From Amoeboradix gromovi X-113 (taxonomy: Eukaryota > Fungi > Sanchytriomycota): DNA of 8,145 bases. Of the stretch, positions 7,169-8,145 are shown in pieces (within the stretch, counting starts at the first letter, position 1; every line of letters begins with the position of its first letter). Made by a program: the position numbers and the translations under genes. The notes below the pieces were generated by a model. That model saw nothing but the letters and a program-made list of their open reading frames with translations. It did not search any database and had not been told where the DNA came from. The stretch covers positions 1 through 8,145 of the forward strand of contig JADGIF010000463.1 in assembly GCA_018985225.1 (NCBI GenBank), written 5' to 3'.

Positions 7169-7792
7169 ATGGATGAACCCAATCCCGGTTACGCAAAGGC
7201 TAAAAAGACCTTGAAAAGTACTGCTTTGTTTTTAACAATTTGGTTTGCAATTGTTATAGCAGTTAGTGTAACACTTTTATTTTTTCTACAGTTTTCAGCA
7301 ATCGTAGGTATATTTCTATGTGCGGGTTATATTTATACATTATATCAAAAAAACTACACGATAAAGCAAGTTGGATTCTGGATTCATGCAGTGTTTTCGG
7401 GATGCTGTGGAACTATAGCAGCAATTATATTGATACTGTTTTTCTTGGTTTTCAATGTGGCTTATCAGAGTGTGAAACAGACTACGAGCAAATCTAGTTC
7501 TGTAACTGTTCAGAACACAACAACTGCTATTTCTACAATAATTATTCTGTTTGTAGTATTTCTGGTCTTCTATGCACTCATGAGTATTGTTTCTGTGGTA
7601 GTATATTGGAAGCACTGCAAAGCAGCCAAAAAGTTGAAAAATTTCAGTAGACGCATTTCGCGCTACCAACCAGATCAAGGACGAGTGGCAACTCAAGAGC
7701 CATATCACCAAATGTCAGAGCCCACTTATGATCAAAACTACCAGCGGCAAGACGGTTATGTGGGTACTCCTGATGACAATTCTCGATTCTAA
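7169..7792 (+). CDS. four-transmembrane protein of unknown family, paralog B
   Basis: 207 aa from ATG 7169 (the track start at 7166 is a GTG). Four hydrophobic segments, an S/T-rich TM3-TM4 loop with an NTT sequon, and a Y/Q/P/D-rich tail. Shares LTIWF, GYIYTL, IHxxFSG and HCKxAK with paralog A. AATAAA at 7796-7801. Confidence 0.88.
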   Translation: MDEPNPGYAKAKKTLKSTALFLTIWFAIVIAVSVTLLFFLQFSAIVGIFLCAGYIYTLYQKNYTIKQVGFWIHAVFSGCCGTIAAIILILFFLVFNVAYQSVKQTTSKSSSVTVQNTTTAISTIIILFVVFLVFYALMSIVSVVVYWKHCKAAKKLKNFSRRISRYQPDQGRVATQEPYHQMSEPTYDQNYQRQDGYVGTPDDNSRF

Positions 7793-7793
7793 C

Positions 7794-7802
7794 TTAATAA
7801 AT
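7794..7802 (+). terminator. polyadenylation signal of paralog B
   Basis: TTAATAAAT, 1 nt after the stop. Confidence 0.5.
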
Positions 7803-8145
7803 CTTTTATCATTATTACAAGAGCTATGTCACCCAGATCGATATAATATCTTTCTTGACTTTGCTAAATGCATGAAATCTTCATAATCTTTCTTTTGCAC
7901 AATTGCAAATAGGTCCAGAACGTTTCATCTAAAGTAGTAACTTGAGATGCAGAATACACTCTTTTACATCCAAAAGGGACATCAAATATAAAAACTGGAC
8001 TAACTTTCTGTAACAACTTGGAACATTATTTCAGCTTTATTACTTTATGGATTTAAAAGGCGAGTGGACATTCAGCTAGTTGCGGAGTTGGCGAGTATAA
8101 AGGGAAAATAAATATTCTGTACTGCTATTCTCTTACTCTTTCATC

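Noticed and set aside
7403-7411. CCG tripeptide suggesting a tetraspanin
   Set aside because: It lies within predicted TM3 rather than the large extracellular loop, is absent from paralog A, and the loop has no cysteines.
7340-7711. 123-aa minus-strand ORF
   Set aside because: Antisense to paralog B; its N/Y/C/K-rich composition mirrors hydrophobic codons on the opposite strand.
210-7792. Alternative genetic code (TAA/TAG read as Gln) or a bacterial origin
   Set aside because: The long conserved ORFs have no internal TAA/TAG and end at TAA/TAG where expected. HSE, TATA, poly(A) signals and the WD40/DCAF gene indicate a eukaryote.

Overview
AT-rich, very gene-dense eukaryotic DNA in the standard genetic code, with no introns in the six clear genes. 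The Hsp104 looks fungal, so this is probably a compact-genome early-diverging fungus or relative (inference). Left to right: an FSH1/OVCA2-family serine hydrolase (+) abuts a Cdt2/DTL-like WD40 protein (-) stop-to-stop with a 0-bp gap. An orphan 2-TM protein (-) is divergent from an HSP104/ClpB disaggregase (+) across a 163-bp promoter with a clear heat shock element and TATA box. Two tandem paralogous 4-TM proteins of unrecognised family (+) follow, with what look like two decayed extra copies in the spacers. Genes share a compact grammar: TTAATAAAT at or just after stops, and TGATTRGTC about 46-59 nt before ATGs. No RNA genes, mobile elements or CRISPR arrays were recognised, and no clear new multi-gene system is evident; the most novel element is the 4-TM array.
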